55,105 nt of DNA from a virus. A program made the position numbers and the translations under genes. Position 1 is the stretch's first letter; each line of letters begins with the position of its first letter. The stretch lies in UHGV virus genome UHGV-0308106. One strand, given 5' to 3'. Shown here in pieces: positions 38,367 through 48,916 of this stretch. A model generated the notes under the pieces. The model saw only the letters and a program-made list of their open reading frames with translations. It was not told where the DNA came from and searched no databases.

Positions 38367-38849
38367 ATGCCTGTTGGCATTGCCGGGGCTATCTCTCGCC
38401 CGCAGGACTTAACCGTCGAACCGGTGATCCTTAAATCCGCTAACGCCTTCGCTGCCTATGGTCTGGCTGGCAAATATGACGCTGACGGCTTTTTCGTGCC
38501 GCTGGCGGACGGTGACACCGCCGACAAGGTGAAGGGGATCTACGTTCGTCCGTATCCGACCACATCGCAGCCAGACATGGTTCGCCAGGTGGGGACGGAT
38601 AAGAACTTCCCGGGTGACGCCATGAAGCGTGGCTACATGACCGTTAATCTCGGTTCTGATTTTGATGCCAGCACCATCAAAAAAGGCGACCCGGTATACG
38701 TTGTCGTCTCCACTGATGAATCCATAAAAGTGCCGCTGGGCGGCTTCATGTCCACGTCCGTCAGTGGCAAAAACGTGGCGCTGACCAACGCCGAATTCAC
38801 AGGGGCCGGTGACGCTAACGGCAATGTAGAAATCTCCTGGAAGATTTAA
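38367..38849 (+). CDS. head protein (decoration or scaffold-like), hypothetical
   Basis: 160-aa ORF directly upstream of major capsid gene. Confidence 0.4.
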   Translation: MPVGIAGAISRPQDLTVEPVILKSANAFAAYGLAGKYDADGFFVPLADGDTADKVKGIYVRPYPTTSQPDMVRQVGTDKNFPGDAMKRGYMTVNLGSDFDASTIKKGDPVYVVVSTDESIKVPLGGFMSTSVSGKNVALTNAEFTGAGDANGNVEISWKI

Positions 38850-38860
38850 GGAACAGACAA

Positions 38861-39802
38861 ATGATTACTTTTGATCAGGCAACCGTAGATAGCTCCGGTG
38901 CCTTTCTCATCGGGGAGCTGGAGCGACTCGACCAGACGCTGAACCTGCCTCTGGTGGGGTACACCTGGACCCGAGATATTCAACTGCGTGAAGACGTGTC
39001 TATCGCAGATGACATTTCCAGCTGGACGAATACCAGCTTCGCCGCTGCGGGTACTGGTGCAAATCCGAATGGTAAAAACTGGGTAGGCAAAGACTCCACC
39101 GCTATTGCTGGCGTGAACGTGGATATCAGCAAAGACGGCAATCCACTGAACCTCTGGGGTATGGAACTGGGCTGGACCGTTGTAGAGCTGGCAGCTGCTC
39201 AGCAGGTAGGCCGCCCGATTGATACCCAGAAGTACGACGGGATGCAGCTCAAATGGCAGATGGACAACGACGAGCAGGTTTACATCGGTGATGACGCACT
39301 CGGCCTGAAAGGTCTGGCAAACCTCGTCGGTGTGACGCTGAACAACGCGCCGAAGACCTGGGCGAACTCAACCAACGACGAGATCCTCGATAGCGTGAAC
39401 AGCATTCTGTCTAATGCCTGGGCAGCATCCGGTTATTCCATCGTGCCTTCTGATCTGCGCATTCCGCCAGAGCAGTATTCACTGCTGGCGAGCCGTAAGG
39501 TTTCCGAAGCGGGTAACCAGTCACTGCTGACCTATCTGGCTGTGAACACTATCGCTTTCCACCAGAACGGCGTTCCGCTTGAAATCAAAGCGGTCAAATG
39601 GCTGAAAGGGCGTGGGGTTGGCGGTAAAGACCGTATGATCGCCTACACCAACGACAAGAAATACGTGCGCTATCCGCTGGTGCCGTTGCAGAGCGTTCCT
39701 GTCCAGTATCGCGGTCTGTATCAGATTGCGACCTACTACGGCAAGCTCGGTGCGGTTGAGCCAGTGTACAAAGAAACCCTGTCCTACGTGGACGGTATCT
39801 GA
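38861..39802 (+). CDS. major capsid protein
   Basis: 313-aa ORF in head module; size, position and composition typical of coat proteins. Confidence 0.55.
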   Translation: MITFDQATVDSSGAFLIGELERLDQTLNLPLVGYTWTRDIQLREDVSIADDISSWTNTSFAAAGTGANPNGKNWVGKDSTAIAGVNVDISKDGNPLNLWGMELGWTVVELAAAQQVGRPIDTQKYDGMQLKWQMDNDEQVYIGDDALGLKGLANLVGVTLNNAPKTWANSTNDEILDSVNSILSNAWAASGYSIVPSDLRIPPEQYSLLASRKVSEAGNQSLLTYLAVNTIAFHQNGVPLEIKAVKWLKGRGVGGKDRMIAYTNDKKYVRYPLVPLQSVPVQYRGLYQIATYYGKLGAVEPVYKETLSYVDGI

Positions 39803-39843
39803 TAACCAGAACGGCCCCGAAAGGGGCCAGAAGGGAACTGAAA

Positions 39844-40233
39844 ATGGCGAAAGAAAAGCTGGTTACCATCCATGTTCACACCCCGTTTACGCTGACGCTC
39901 GGCGATCAGTCAAAAAGGGAGTTTGGCCGGGGACGGCATAACGTACCGGAAGAGGTCGCGTCGCACTGGTTCACCCAGGCGCACTCCGAGCTTTCCGAAA
40001 GCGTGATTAGCGACACCGATGATCTGCAACCCATTATCGACAGCCTGCAAGCTCAGATTGCCGACAAAGATAAGCAGATTATCGATAAAGATCAGTTGAT
40101 TGCCGATCTGCGAGAAGCGCTGCTCAAGCTGCAAGAGCAGAACGACAGCCTGCAAGCGCAGATTGCTGCCGCCCAGACTGGCGGTAATGGGGCGAAAGAT
40201 GCCAAAGAATCAAAGCCTGCCAACAGTAAGTGA
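39844..40233 (+). CDS. hypothetical head-associated coiled-coil protein
   Basis: 129-aa; heptad-like [44 protein letters not shown]. Confidence 0.4.
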   Translation: MAKEKLVTIHVHTPFTLTLGDQSKREFGRGRHNVPEEVASHWFTQAHSELSESVISDTDDLQPIIDSLQAQIADKDKQIIDKDQLIADLREALLKLQEQNDSLQAQIAAAQTGGNGAKDAKESKPANSK

Positions 40234-40606
40234 TTTTCGGCGCGACTTTCCACAGTTTGCTGACCCTGCCAAATATCCCGAAGCACAAATCCAGTTTCGT
40301 CTGAATCTGGCTGATGTGCTGCTGAGCGAAAACGTCACCGGCAAAGAGTTGTTTCCGTACTTTGTCGAGTTGTTCGTGGCTCACTACATGACGCTCTGGG
40401 CGGCAGATAGCCGGGCAATGCTCGTCGGCGGCCCGGGTGGCTCAACCAATGGTGTTCAGTCCTCCAAGTCCGTTGACAAGGTAAGCGTCAGCTATGACAC
40501 CAGCGCGACGCTAAACCCTGACGCAGGCTTCTGGAATAACACCCGATATGGCGCTGAATTTTATCAGCTGATCACGATGTTCGGTGCGGGCGGTCGCCAG
40601 CTATGA
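40199..40606 (+). CDS. head-tail connector/completion-like protein
   Basis: About 135-aa from ATG 40199 overlapping upstream gene end. Confidence 0.4.
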   Translation: MPKNQSLPTVSDFRRDFPQFADPAKYPEAQIQFRLNLADVLLSENVTGKELFPYFVELFVAHYMTLWAADSRAMLVGGPGGSTNGVQSSKSVDKVSVSYDTSATLNPDAGFWNNTRYGAEFYQLITMFGAGGRQL

Positions 40607-41157
40607 GTTTCAAAAGTGGTGTAACAACGAGGGTTGATAACGCTCAGGCCATTCTGGATGCGCTCCGGTCGCTAACCAAAAAGGATGTGCTGGTGGGCAT
40701 CCCGGAAGAAGACAGCGAGCGTGAGGATGTTCCGTTTGGTAATGCCGGGATCGGTTACGTCAACGAATACGGCTCACCAGCGCAAAACATACCCCCACGC
40801 CCGCACCTGATCCCCGGCGTTAAATCCGTAGAGGAACAGACGGTGCCGCAGCTCAAAGCAGCGGCGCAGGCTGCGCTTGATGGAAATGCGGCGGGTGCGG
40901 AAAGAGCGCTTAACCGCGCCGGAACGCTGGCCGCGAATGGTGTCAGGCGTTACATGACCATTACCGGCTTTACACCGCTTGCTGATAGCACCGTTGAAGC
41001 ACGCGCACGCCGTGGGCGCAAAGGGGCAAAAGAGGAACTTGCGCGGCGCGCTGCTGGTGAGTCTCCTGGAACCGATCTGGTGAAACCGCTAATCGACACC
41101 GGGCAATATCGCAGAGCTATTACCCATATTGTGAGGGATAAAGATGCCGACTCTTGA
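40603..41157 (+). CDS. virion morphogenesis protein, hypothetical
   Basis: 184-aa, ATGA-coupled. Confidence 0.4.
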   Translation: MSFKSGVTTRVDNAQAILDALRSLTKKDVLVGIPEEDSEREDVPFGNAGIGYVNEYGSPAQNIPPRPHLIPGVKSVEEQTVPQLKAAAQAALDGNAAGAERALNRAGTLAANGVRRYMTITGFTPLADSTVEARARRGRKGAKEELARRAAGESPGTDLVKPLIDTGQYRRAITHIVRDKDADS

Positions 41158-41533
41158 TGTAACAGACGTGCTTTTTGACCCCGATTTTTGCGACTTCAAC
41201 CTGTGGGTAACGCGTCGCGCGCAAACGGTGGACGATGACGGGATCGGCAGCGACAGCGAAGTTAAAACGCAGTTTGCCGGGGTTGTTACTGTTGACCGCT
41301 CCCTGGAAAACCGCCGCATGCAGGCCGGGCAGGTTATCAGCGGCGCGATTCTCATCGTGACAACTGAGCGGCTGACGCAGGGGCAGACTGGCCGTGATGC
41401 CGATATCGTGACGTATCAGAACCGTGATTATCGCGTGACATTCGTCGACCCGTATACGGCTTACGGTGCTGGCTTCGTCCAGGCTCATTGTGAATTACTG
41501 CCGTTTGATGGGGGAACTCCCATTGAGCAATAA
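41144..41533 (+). CDS. head-tail joining protein, hypothetical
   Basis: 129-aa, overlaps upstream gene. Confidence 0.4.
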   Translation: MPTLDVTDVLFDPDFCDFNLWVTRRAQTVDDDGIGSDSEVKTQFAGVVTVDRSLENRRMQAGQVISGAILIVTTERLTQGQTGRDADIVTYQNRDYRVTFVDPYTAYGAGFVQAHCELLPFDGGTPIEQ

Positions 41534-42071
41534 CACCAGCACAGAGCGCGGCTGGCTGATACCAACCAGTGGCGATCCGGATTATGACGAAGCGCTCGAC
41601 AGGCTGCTAAGCCAGTGGATGCGCAATGTTTCCGGCTTGCCGTCTGGAATGGTTCGTCCGCGCTGGCAGAAAAATCAGCCGCCACAGCCACCCGTTGAAA
41701 CGAACTGGTGCGCGTTTGGCGTTACCGGGTTGCTCATTGATAACAACCCTGCATTCACCAATCAGACCGACGAGGGCGCTCAGCTCTGGCGGCATGAAAC
41801 GTTCGAGTGCATGGCGTCGTTCTATGGCCCGGCTGGTATGTCTTATGCGTCCCGTTTTCGCGATGGCATATCTGTCCCGCAAAACAATGCTGAGCTGAAC
41901 GCGCTTGGTTTGTCTCTGGGCGACTATACCGGTCTGACCCCTTTCCCCGAACTTATCAACCAGCAATGGGTTCGCCGCTACGACATGACGGTGCGCCTGC
42001 GCCGGAAGGTCGTGCGCGAGTACGGCATTAAATCGCTGGTGGAAGCGCCAGTCACCTTTTTTGGAGAATAA
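41508..42071 (+). CDS. tail completion protein, hypothetical
   Basis: About 187-aa from ATG 41508; immediately upstream of sheath gene. Confidence 0.4.
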   Translation: MGELPLSNNTSTERGWLIPTSGDPDYDEALDRLLSQWMRNVSGLPSGMVRPRWQKNQPPQPPVETNWCAFGVTGLLIDNNPAFTNQTDEGAQLWRHETFECMASFYGPAGMSYASRFRDGISVPQNNAELNALGLSLGDYTGLTPFPELINQQWVRRYDMTVRLRRKVVREYGIKSLVEAPVTFFGE

Positions 42072-42074
42072 ACT

Positions 42075-43235
42075 ATGACGCAGGGCTTACCTGTATCCAA
42101 CGTTGTAAACGTTGATGTGATCATCTCGCCGAAAGCGGCTACTGGTCGTAACTTCGGCGCGCTGCTGATCCTCGGTTCTTCCACTGTCATTCCGGTGCAG
42201 GAGCGCGTTCGCCTTTATGCGTCTGTTGAGGACATTGGCGAGGACTTCGGAGTCGACAGCCCGGAATATGAAGCGGCGCAGGTTTTCTTCAGCCAGTCGC
42301 CGAAGCCGACGCAGGTTTATGTTGGCCGCTGGGCGAAGACGCTGACCTCTTCCGAAGGTGGAAGCGTGGAAACCATCGTGCAAGCTGTTAATGCCTGCCT
42401 GCAGTATACCAACTGGTATGGGCTGGTTGTCGCTGATGATGTTGCTGATGGCGATGATGTGCTTGATGCTGACGACGTGATTGAGGTTGCTAAACTCATC
42501 GAAGCGTCCAGCCTGAGCCGCATTTTCGGGGTAACGTCAGCCGACGCTGAGATCATCAGCACGACTTCGACGACCGATGTTGCGTCTAAATTAAAGGCCG
42601 GTAAGTATACCCGTACCTTTATTCAATATTCCACCAGCAGCCCTTATGCGGCGGTTTCAGCTTTCGGTCGCGCGTTTACTGTCAATTTCAACGGCAGCAA
42701 TACTACCATTACCCTGAAATTCAAACAGGAACCGAGCGTAACCTACGAAACGCTGACGGTAGGACAGGCGGCGGCTGTGGATGCGAAGAATGCGAACGTG
42801 TTCGTGTACTACGCCAACGACACGGCGATCCTGCAACAGGGTGTCATGGCGAACGGTGACTTCTTCGACGAGCGCCACGGGCTCGACTGGTTGCAGAACT
42901 ACGTTCAGACCAACCTCTATAACCTGCTTTACACCAGCACCACCAAAATTCCGCAGACTGATGCCGGTGTGACCCGTCTGCTTTCCAACGTTGAACAGTC
43001 CATGGATCAGTCCGTCACGAATGGTCTGGTAGCGGCTGGCGTGTGGAATGGTGGCCCTATCGGACAGCTGAATTCCGGCGATACGCTGACCAAAGGCTAT
43101 TACGTGTATGCGCAACCGCTGTCCGAACAGGCGCAGGCCGACCGCGAAGCGCGCAAAGCACCGTTAATCCAGGTGGCCTGTAAGCTGGCTGGCGCAGTTC
43201 ATTATGCCGATGTGCAGATCAACGTGGTTCGCTAA
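42075..43235 (+). CDS. tail sheath protein
   Basis: 386-aa ORF preceding tube and chaperone genes. Confidence 0.65.
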   Translation: MTQGLPVSNVVNVDVIISPKAATGRNFGALLILGSSTVIPVQERVRLYASVEDIGEDFGVDSPEYEAAQVFFSQSPKPTQVYVGRWAKTLTSSEGGSVETIVQAVNACLQYTNWYGLVVADDVADGDDVLDADDVIEVAKLIEASSLSRIFGVTSADAEIISTTSTTDVASKLKAGKYTRTFIQYSTSSPYAAVSAFGRAFTVNFNGSNTTITLKFKQEPSVTYETLTVGQAAAVDAKNANVFVYYANDTAILQQGVMANGDFFDERHGLDWLQNYVQTNLYNLLYTSTTKIPQTDAGVTRLLSNVEQSMDQSVTNGLVAAGVWNGGPIGQLNSGDTLTKGYYVYAQPLSEQAQADREARKAPLIQVACKLAGAVHYADVQINVVR

Positions 43236-43245
43236 GGAGCGATAA

Positions 43246-43686
43246 ATGGCAACTTATTCTTTTCTCGATGTAACCGCGTCGCTCACCGGGCCGACCGGAG
43301 TTATCGATCTTGGTCAGGGTTCTGCGAACTCTGAGGAAGGTATCACCCAGACTATGGGCGGCAACAAGAACACCATGACCATCGGTGCCGATGGCGAAGT
43401 GATGCACAGCCTGCACGCCGATAAGTCAGGCACCATTACGGTGACGCTGCTGAAAACCTCCCCGGTGAACAAGAAGCTGTCTCTGGCGTATAACGCGCAA
43501 AGCCAGTCCTCTGCCACCTGGGGAAATAACGTGATCGTCATTCGCAACACGGCATCGGGTGATATTTCTACTGCGCGTTCGTGTGCATTCCAGAAACAGC
43601 CTGATTTCAATAACGCCAAAGAGGGCGGAACCGTAGCCTGGGTATTCGATTGCGGCAAGATTGACCAGCTGCTCGGGGAGTTTTAA
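43246..43686 (+). CDS. tail tube protein
   Basis: 146-aa ORF between sheath and chaperone. Confidence 0.6.
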   Translation: MATYSFLDVTASLTGPTGVIDLGQGSANSEEGITQTMGGNKNTMTIGADGEVMHSLHADKSGTITVTLLKTSPVNKKLSLAYNAQSQSSATWGNNVIVIRNTASGDISTARSCAFQKQPDFNNAKEGGTVAWVFDCGKIDQLLGEF

Positions 43687-43689
43687 CGC

Positions 43690-44115
43690 ATGGAATTCGA
43701 AATTAAAGGCGTGAAATATCGCACCGCAAAGCTCAGCGTTTTCGAACAGCTGAAGGTGTCCCGAAAGCTGTTGCCGGTGCTGGCCGGGATGGTTTCTGAC
43801 TTCCGGAGCGTTCAGGAGAAGATCAGCAGCAAAGACACCGAAGGCGCGATGGCTACCATCCTGCCAAAGATTGCCAATGCTGTGTCCGATCTGAGCGATG
43901 GCGACGTTGACGCTATCCTGTTCCCCTGCCTTTCCGTTGTTTCACGCGAGCACATGAAAGGCTGGGTGCCGGTCTGCCAGCATGGCGAAATGGCGTTTGA
44001 CGATATCGACCTGCTGACCATGCTGCAACTGGTGGCGCGGGTGGTCGCCGACTCGCTGGGAAATTTTTTGCAAGGACTCCCTACCAGCGAGACGCCCACC
44101 CCGCCAGCGGAATAA
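43690..44115 (+). CDS. tail assembly chaperone (with probable -1 frameshift extension to about 44298)
   Basis: 141-aa ORF before tape measure; slippery-type aaattttttg at 44061-44070; -1 frame stays open to TAA at 44296-44298. Confidence 0.5.
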   Translation: MEFEIKGVKYRTAKLSVFEQLKVSRKLLPVLAGMVSDFRSVQEKISSKDTEGAMATILPKIANAVSDLSDGDVDAILFPCLSVVSREHMKGWVPVCQHGEMAFDDIDLLTMLQLVARVVADSLGNFLQGLPTSETPTPPAE

Positions 44116-44292
44116 CCTTCAACAGCCTGCCGGGCGGTGAAGACTTTATTCTTCGTCCGGCGCTTGCCTTCCATATTGACCAGAAAGACCTTAACAGCGG
44201 TGCGGTAGACCTCTGCCGTATCGCGCTTCTCAATGACTACCTCGACATGCGCGAGGATAACGACGCCCGGGTAGATAAATGGAGAGCGGCCA

Positions 44293-46560
44293 ATGAGCGG
44301 TAACGCAGATACGATTAAAGACTTCCTTGTTTCGCTGGGATTCGATATCGATCAGGCTGGCGCTAATAAGTTTGAAGCCGTGCTGAAAGGCGTTACCGCA
44401 AACGTTCTGAAGGTCGGCGCGGTGGTGGAAGGCGCAGCGCTGAGCATTGTCGGATTTACCACCCAGATCGCGAATGGTCTGGATAAAATTTACTGGGCAT
44501 CCCAACGGACGGGGGCCAGCGTCCAGGGCATCAAAGCGCTGGGCTATGCCGCGTCGCAAACCGGTGCCAGCGCCGAGTCGGCCATGTCCTCCCTCGAAGG
44601 GCTGGCCGGTTTCATGCGTAGCAATCCGGGGGCGGAAGGCTTCCTGAACCGTCTTGGTGTCCAGACCCGAGATGCCAGCGGAAAGATGCGTGATACTGCG
44701 GCCATCTTTACTGGCGTTGGGCAAAAGCTCAACAACATGCCGTATTACCGCGCGAAGCAATACGCGCAGATGCTTGGCATCGATGAAAACACGCTGATGG
44801 CGATGCGGCGCGGCATGAATGGCTTTACCGCCGATTACCAGTCTATGCTGCAAAAGACTGGGTTCAACGCTGATAAGGCGGCTGTGCAGTCCAATAAATT
44901 CATGACGTCCATGCGCGGGCTTACGTCGCTGTTCGGCATTATGCGGGACAAGATCGGCTCAAACCTCGCTGGTGGTCTTGCTGGTTCGCTGGACAGCCTG
45001 CGGCGGCGCATCCTCGACAACTTCCCGAAGATTGAAGAGACGCTGACCAGAGTTATTAAAGGCGTGATCTGGCTTGCGAACGCCTTCACGCGAATGGCGT
45101 GGCGGCTCATACAGGGCGCTGGCTCTGTCATTGACTGGTGGAAGCGTCTTGACGATGGCAGTAAAAATCTGCTGAAAATATTCGGTGCTCTACTTGTCGC
45201 ATGGCGTCTGCTTAATTCTGCGTTCCTGAAATCCCCGATTGGAATTATCACCACGCTGATTCTGGCGATCGGATTACTCTATGACGATTATCAGACGTGG
45301 AAAGAAGGCGGTAAAAGCCTGATTGACTGGTCCAAGTGGGAGCCTGCAATAGAAAAGGCGAAAAAGGCAATTCTCTGGCTGCGCGATAAGCTTCTGGGGC
45401 TGAAAGATTCTGTTGGTGGATGGCAGAACTCGCTGGAAATTTTGGCTACTTTCATCGCTGGGGTATGGGTAACAAAAGTATTGGGAGCATTCGCAAAAAT
45501 ATCCGGTCTTCCGATACCTCCATGGCTTAAATTATGGGGAGCGTATGCTGGTTACCTGGTTTCAGATCGTGAAAACATAAAAGCCAGTGCTAAATCATCT
45601 TTGGACTATACCAAAAGGAACATTGGTGATGCTCTTGCTACGGTTGGCATCAAAACCGACCTTGGGCGAAAAGATGTTAGCGAGGTAAGAGAATGGCCCG
45701 CATGGATGGATTGGCTGCATGGTGGCCCAGGTAAGATTATTCGTCAGGCGCAAAGCAATGGCGTCGTTTATGGCGATAATGTTCAGCCTGACATTCCCGG
45801 GGCGGAACAGCATGTTCGTAGTAATGAAATTGCCCCGCATGAAAGAGATGAAATAAAAAACCGTCAGCAGGCTGCTAATGGTTATCTTGAAAAAATCTCA
45901 GACGGGATTGCCAAAATCGGTAATTTATTTTTCTCCCCGGCTGGAGCTGCTGAAATCTCTCCAAATATATCGGGTGACCCCTCCCAGTTTGCGCAATCAG
46001 TCAAACGTCCACAGGCCACAGCCCAGGGCAAAGTATTGCTCGACTGGATGGGGCCAATGTTCAATAAACTTGAGTCGCTTTATCAACTTCCAGCTGGTCT
46101 ATTGAAAAGTGTGGCGATAACCGAGTCAGGTGGTAACCAGTTCGCCATGTCCGGCGCGGGTGCAAAGGGGCTGTTCCAGTTCATGGATGGCACGGCGCGA
46201 GACATGGGCCTGCGTGGTAACGATGTGTTCGACCCGGAAAAGTCAGCTCAGGCAGCCGCTAAGTACCTTAGCCAGCTATTGCGGCAGAACGGCGGAGACC
46301 TTAGCAAAGCACTTGCATCATATAACTGGGGAATCGGGAACGTTCAACGTTATGGAATGGGGCTAATGCCGCAGGAAACGCGCAATTACATTCCGAAAGT
46401 AATGAGCAATATGCCCACCAGCGCCCCGGTGATTCAGCAGGAAACGAACATTAACATCCACGGCGTTTCCGATCCTCGCGAAGCTGCCCGTTTGACTGTT
46501 GACCGTCAAAAGGGTGTGAATTCACAGTTAACCCAGCAACTCCCCGCAGGACCGAGATAA
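44293..46560 (+). CDS. tail tape measure protein with C-terminal lytic transglycosylase domain
   Basis: 755-aa; hydrophobic central segments; SLT-like ITESGGNQFAMSGAGAKGLFQFMDGTARDMGL...ASYNWGIGN. Confidence 0.8.
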   Translation: MSGNADTIKDFLVSLGFDIDQAGANKFEAVLKGVTANVLKVGAVVEGAALSIVGFTTQIANGLDKIYWASQRTGASVQGIKALGYAASQTGASAESAMSSLEGLAGFMRSNPGAEGFLNRLGVQTRDASGKMRDTAAIFTGVGQKLNNMPYYRAKQYAQMLGIDENTLMAMRRGMNGFTADYQSMLQKTGFNADKAAVQSNKFMTSMRGLTSLFGIMRDKIGSNLAGGLAGSLDSLRRRILDNFPKIEETLTRVIKGVIWLANAFTRMAWRLIQGAGSVIDWWKRLDDGSKNLLKIFGALLVAWRLLNSAFLKSPIGIITTLILAIGLLYDDYQTWKEGGKSLIDWSKWEPAIEKAKKAILWLRDKLLGLKDSVGGWQNSLEILATFIAGVWVTKVLGAFAKISGLPIPPWLKLWGAYAGYLVSDRENIKASAKSSLDYTKRNIGDALATVGIKTDLGRKDVSEVREWPAWMDWLHGGPGKIIRQAQSNGVVYGDNVQPDIPGAEQHVRSNEIAPHERDEIKNRQQAANGYLEKISDGIAKIGNLFFSPAGAAEISPNISGDPSQFAQSVKRPQATAQGKVLLDWMGPMFNKLESLYQLPAGLLKSVAITESGGNQFAMSGAGAKGLFQFMDGTARDMGLRGNDVFDPEKSAQAAAKYLSQLLRQNGGDLSKALASYNWGIGNVQRYGMGLMPQETRNYIPKVMSNMPTSAPVIQQETNINIHGVSDPREAARLTVDRQKGVNSQLTQQLPAGPR

Positions 46561-47162
46561 TGGATATTTTATCAGCGATTTTTCGCCAGCAATCACGGCG
46601 AATTGGCCTGCTGATCCCCAGCGTGGTCGTTTCCGAAAAGCATTCTGATGCGCTCGAAATTACTGAGCACCCGGTGGAGAAGCCAACAACGAATAGCGCC
46701 TCGGGTTTCATCGCCGATCATGCGTATAAGCGCCCCAGCGAAGTCACAATGGAATGCGGCTTCGCTGGGGGCGGTTCGTTGCTGGACTTCATTGATACAT
46801 CTTCAATCGGCCTCAGCGCCGGACTGAGCCCGAAAGAGACCTATCAGCAACTGCTGGATCTCCAGTCCTCCCGGGTGCCGTTCGATGTGGTGACCGGGAA
46901 GCGGGTGTACAGCAATATGCTGGTGAGAGCCATCGAGGTGACAACGGACAAAACCAGCGAGAACGTGCTGAACTGCACGCTTACCCTGCGTGAAGTGATC
47001 ATGTCGCAAACGCAGAGCGTTAGCGTTGCTGATAAATCAGATATGCAGGATGGCGTCAGCACATCGGCGGTGCAAAATTCCGGGACGAAATCCACTACAC
47101 CGCCAAACGAATCTTTGCTGAGCCAGCTGGGCGGAAGCGTTACATCAGCATTCGGGGGATGA
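46560..47162 (+). CDS. tail/baseplate protein, hypothetical
   Basis: 200-aa, ATGA overlap with tape measure. Confidence 0.4.
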   Translation: MDILSAIFRQQSRRIGLLIPSVVVSEKHSDALEITEHPVEKPTTNSASGFIADHAYKRPSEVTMECGFAGGGSLLDFIDTSSIGLSAGLSPKETYQQLLDLQSSRVPFDVVTGKRVYSNMLVRAIEVTTDKTSENVLNCTLTLREVIMSQTQSVSVADKSDMQDGVSTSAVQNSGTKSTTPPNESLLSQLGGSVTSAFGG

Positions 47163-47163
47163 T

Positions 47164-47469
47164 ATGCAGTTTAACGAAATACCGCTTTCTCCTGACAATC
47201 AGCAGTTCCGCGTTTTGCTGGGCAATACTACGTATACGCTCAGGATCATCTGGCGCGATGCGGCTGGTTGGATTATGGACGTGATGGATAGCGGCGGTGC
47301 CGCGCTTCTCTCTGGCGTACCTCTACTGACCGGCGTGAACCTTTTACGACAATTTCCACAGCTTGGCATTGATGGTGCGCTGGTGGTGGCGACCGATAAG
47401 GGCGCACCAGACGAGCCCACCAAAACCAACCTCGGCACATACAGCCACCTCATTTTCGTGCAGGAGTAG
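47164..47469 (+). CDS. baseplate protein, hypothetical
   Basis: 101-aa ORF. Confidence 0.4.
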   Translation: MQFNEIPLSPDNQQFRVLLGNTTYTLRIIWRDAAGWIMDVMDSGGAALLSGVPLLTGVNLLRQFPQLGIDGALVVATDKGAPDEPTKTNLGTYSHLIFVQE

Positions 47470-47471
47470 AA

Positions 47472-48536
47472 ATGTCTCTTAACTGGATGCGCCATTTTGA
47501 GTTGCAGCTGTTGGACCAGAACGGGCAGGGTATTTCCCTGTCTGATTTTAAGGTCACGTTCCAGATCGAGTGGGCAGATACACGCTGGCCGCGCGTGGCA
47601 AACGTGAAAATTTACAACCTTTCGACCGATACCACGAACAAGATACTGGGGCAGGAGTTTGCAAAAATTCGCATCATTGCCGGGTATGACGGTATTGCGC
47701 CGGATGTTGATGCGAGCCAGGTTGGTGTCGCCCGGGAGATTTCACCAGACCAGGTAGGGCAGGTGAACGGTCAGAACTACGGCCTGATATTTGACGGTGA
47801 TATTCGCTTCACCGTCACCGGGAAGGACAACATCACCGATTCCTGGGTGCTGATTCAGGCCATCAGTAACCACGAAGCGTTCCTCTACGCGACTACCATC
47901 ACCACGCTTGCCGCTGGCTATACCGTTGCGGATCTGCACCGGGCGACGATGCAGGATTTCAACGCGTTCGGCGTGACACAGGGCATTACCGGCGATTTTC
48001 CTGATACCGTGTTTCCTCGTGGCCGCGCGATTTACTCATCCAGCCGCAACGTGATGGATAATATTGCTGCGCAGTGCAAAGCGACATGGCAACTGGTGGA
48101 TGGTCAGGTCCAGATGGTGCCGGAGGATAAATATATTCACGAAGCCATTGTGTTGAATGCCAATACTGGCCTGATCGGTATGCCGCAACAAACGATGGGC
48201 GGCGGAGTAAACGTGCGGTGCCTGATAAACCCAAACATCCGTATTAATGGTCTTATCCAGCTCGATCAGGCTTCGGTGTACCGCGCCACGCTCGGCAATA
48301 GCGAAATAGCACAGTCGCCCGGGCGTATCACCGAAACAGAAGAGAACGGCAACCGTGTGCTGACCGGCACGACGTCACAGGCTGCCAGCATTGCGACGGA
48401 TGGCGTTTATATCGTCAAAGCTATCGACTATACTGGCGACACCAGAGGTCAGGCGTGGTACATGGATTTGATGTGTTTTGCGCGTGGCGCTCGTGATCTT
48501 TATAGCCCGAAAGCAATGCAAGGGACGACGAATTAG
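47472..48536 (+). CDS. baseplate hub-like protein
   Basis: 354-aa; position before gpV-like spike, as Mu gp44; paralog in nested element. Confidence 0.5.
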   Translation: MSLNWMRHFELQLLDQNGQGISLSDFKVTFQIEWADTRWPRVANVKIYNLSTDTTNKILGQEFAKIRIIAGYDGIAPDVDASQVGVAREISPDQVGQVNGQNYGLIFDGDIRFTVTGKDNITDSWVLIQAISNHEAFLYATTITTLAAGYTVADLHRATMQDFNAFGVTQGITGDFPDTVFPRGRAIYSSSRNVMDNIAAQCKATWQLVDGQVQMVPEDKYIHEAIVLNANTGLIGMPQQTMGGGVNVRCLINPNIRINGLIQLDQASVYRATLGNSEIAQSPGRITETEENGNRVLTGTTSQAASIATDGVYIVKAIDYTGDTRGQAWYMDLMCFARGARDLYSPKAMQGTTN

Positions 48537-48548
48537 TGAGGTGGGGCC

Positions 48549-48893
48549 GTGAGACATTTACTTTGCACTGTTACCGTGTTCGCGGTGCTTATATCAGCAC
48601 CCGCTTTTGCGGATCAGCAATGTGGTGATTTTAAAATCCATTGGGCAGATGATGGCTTAGCCAGAATCAATGGCGCAAAGCCAGAAATGCAAAAAATCAC
48701 CTTCCTGAAAAACAAAGGCGATTATAACAATATCAAGATGGATTGGCGTATGGCTACCGATCAGCCTGGAAGATGGGTTGGTCTTGAGTACATCAATCGA
48801 AACGGCAAAGCCATTCTCAACGCACAGTGGTTGCAAGCCAGCATGGATTCGCCGCGTCAGTATGCAACATACGACTGCCGAAAAGTAAAATAG
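48549..48893 (+). CDS. secreted small protein
   Basis: 114-aa; signal peptide MRHLLCTVTVFAVLISAPAFA; two Cys; C-terminal DCRKVK. Confidence 0.5.
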   Translation: MRHLLCTVTVFAVLISAPAFADQQCGDFKIHWADDGLARINGAKPEMQKITFLKNKGDYNNIKMDWRMATDQPGRWVGLEYINRNGKAILNAQWLQASMDSPRQYATYDCRKVK

Positions 48894-48916
48894 CCCGCCA
48901 GATAGGCGGGCATGCG

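Noticed and set aside
44230-44853. 207-aa minus-strand ORF at the tape-measure start
   Set aside because: Antisense to chaperone extension and tape-measure gene; Arg-rich artefact.
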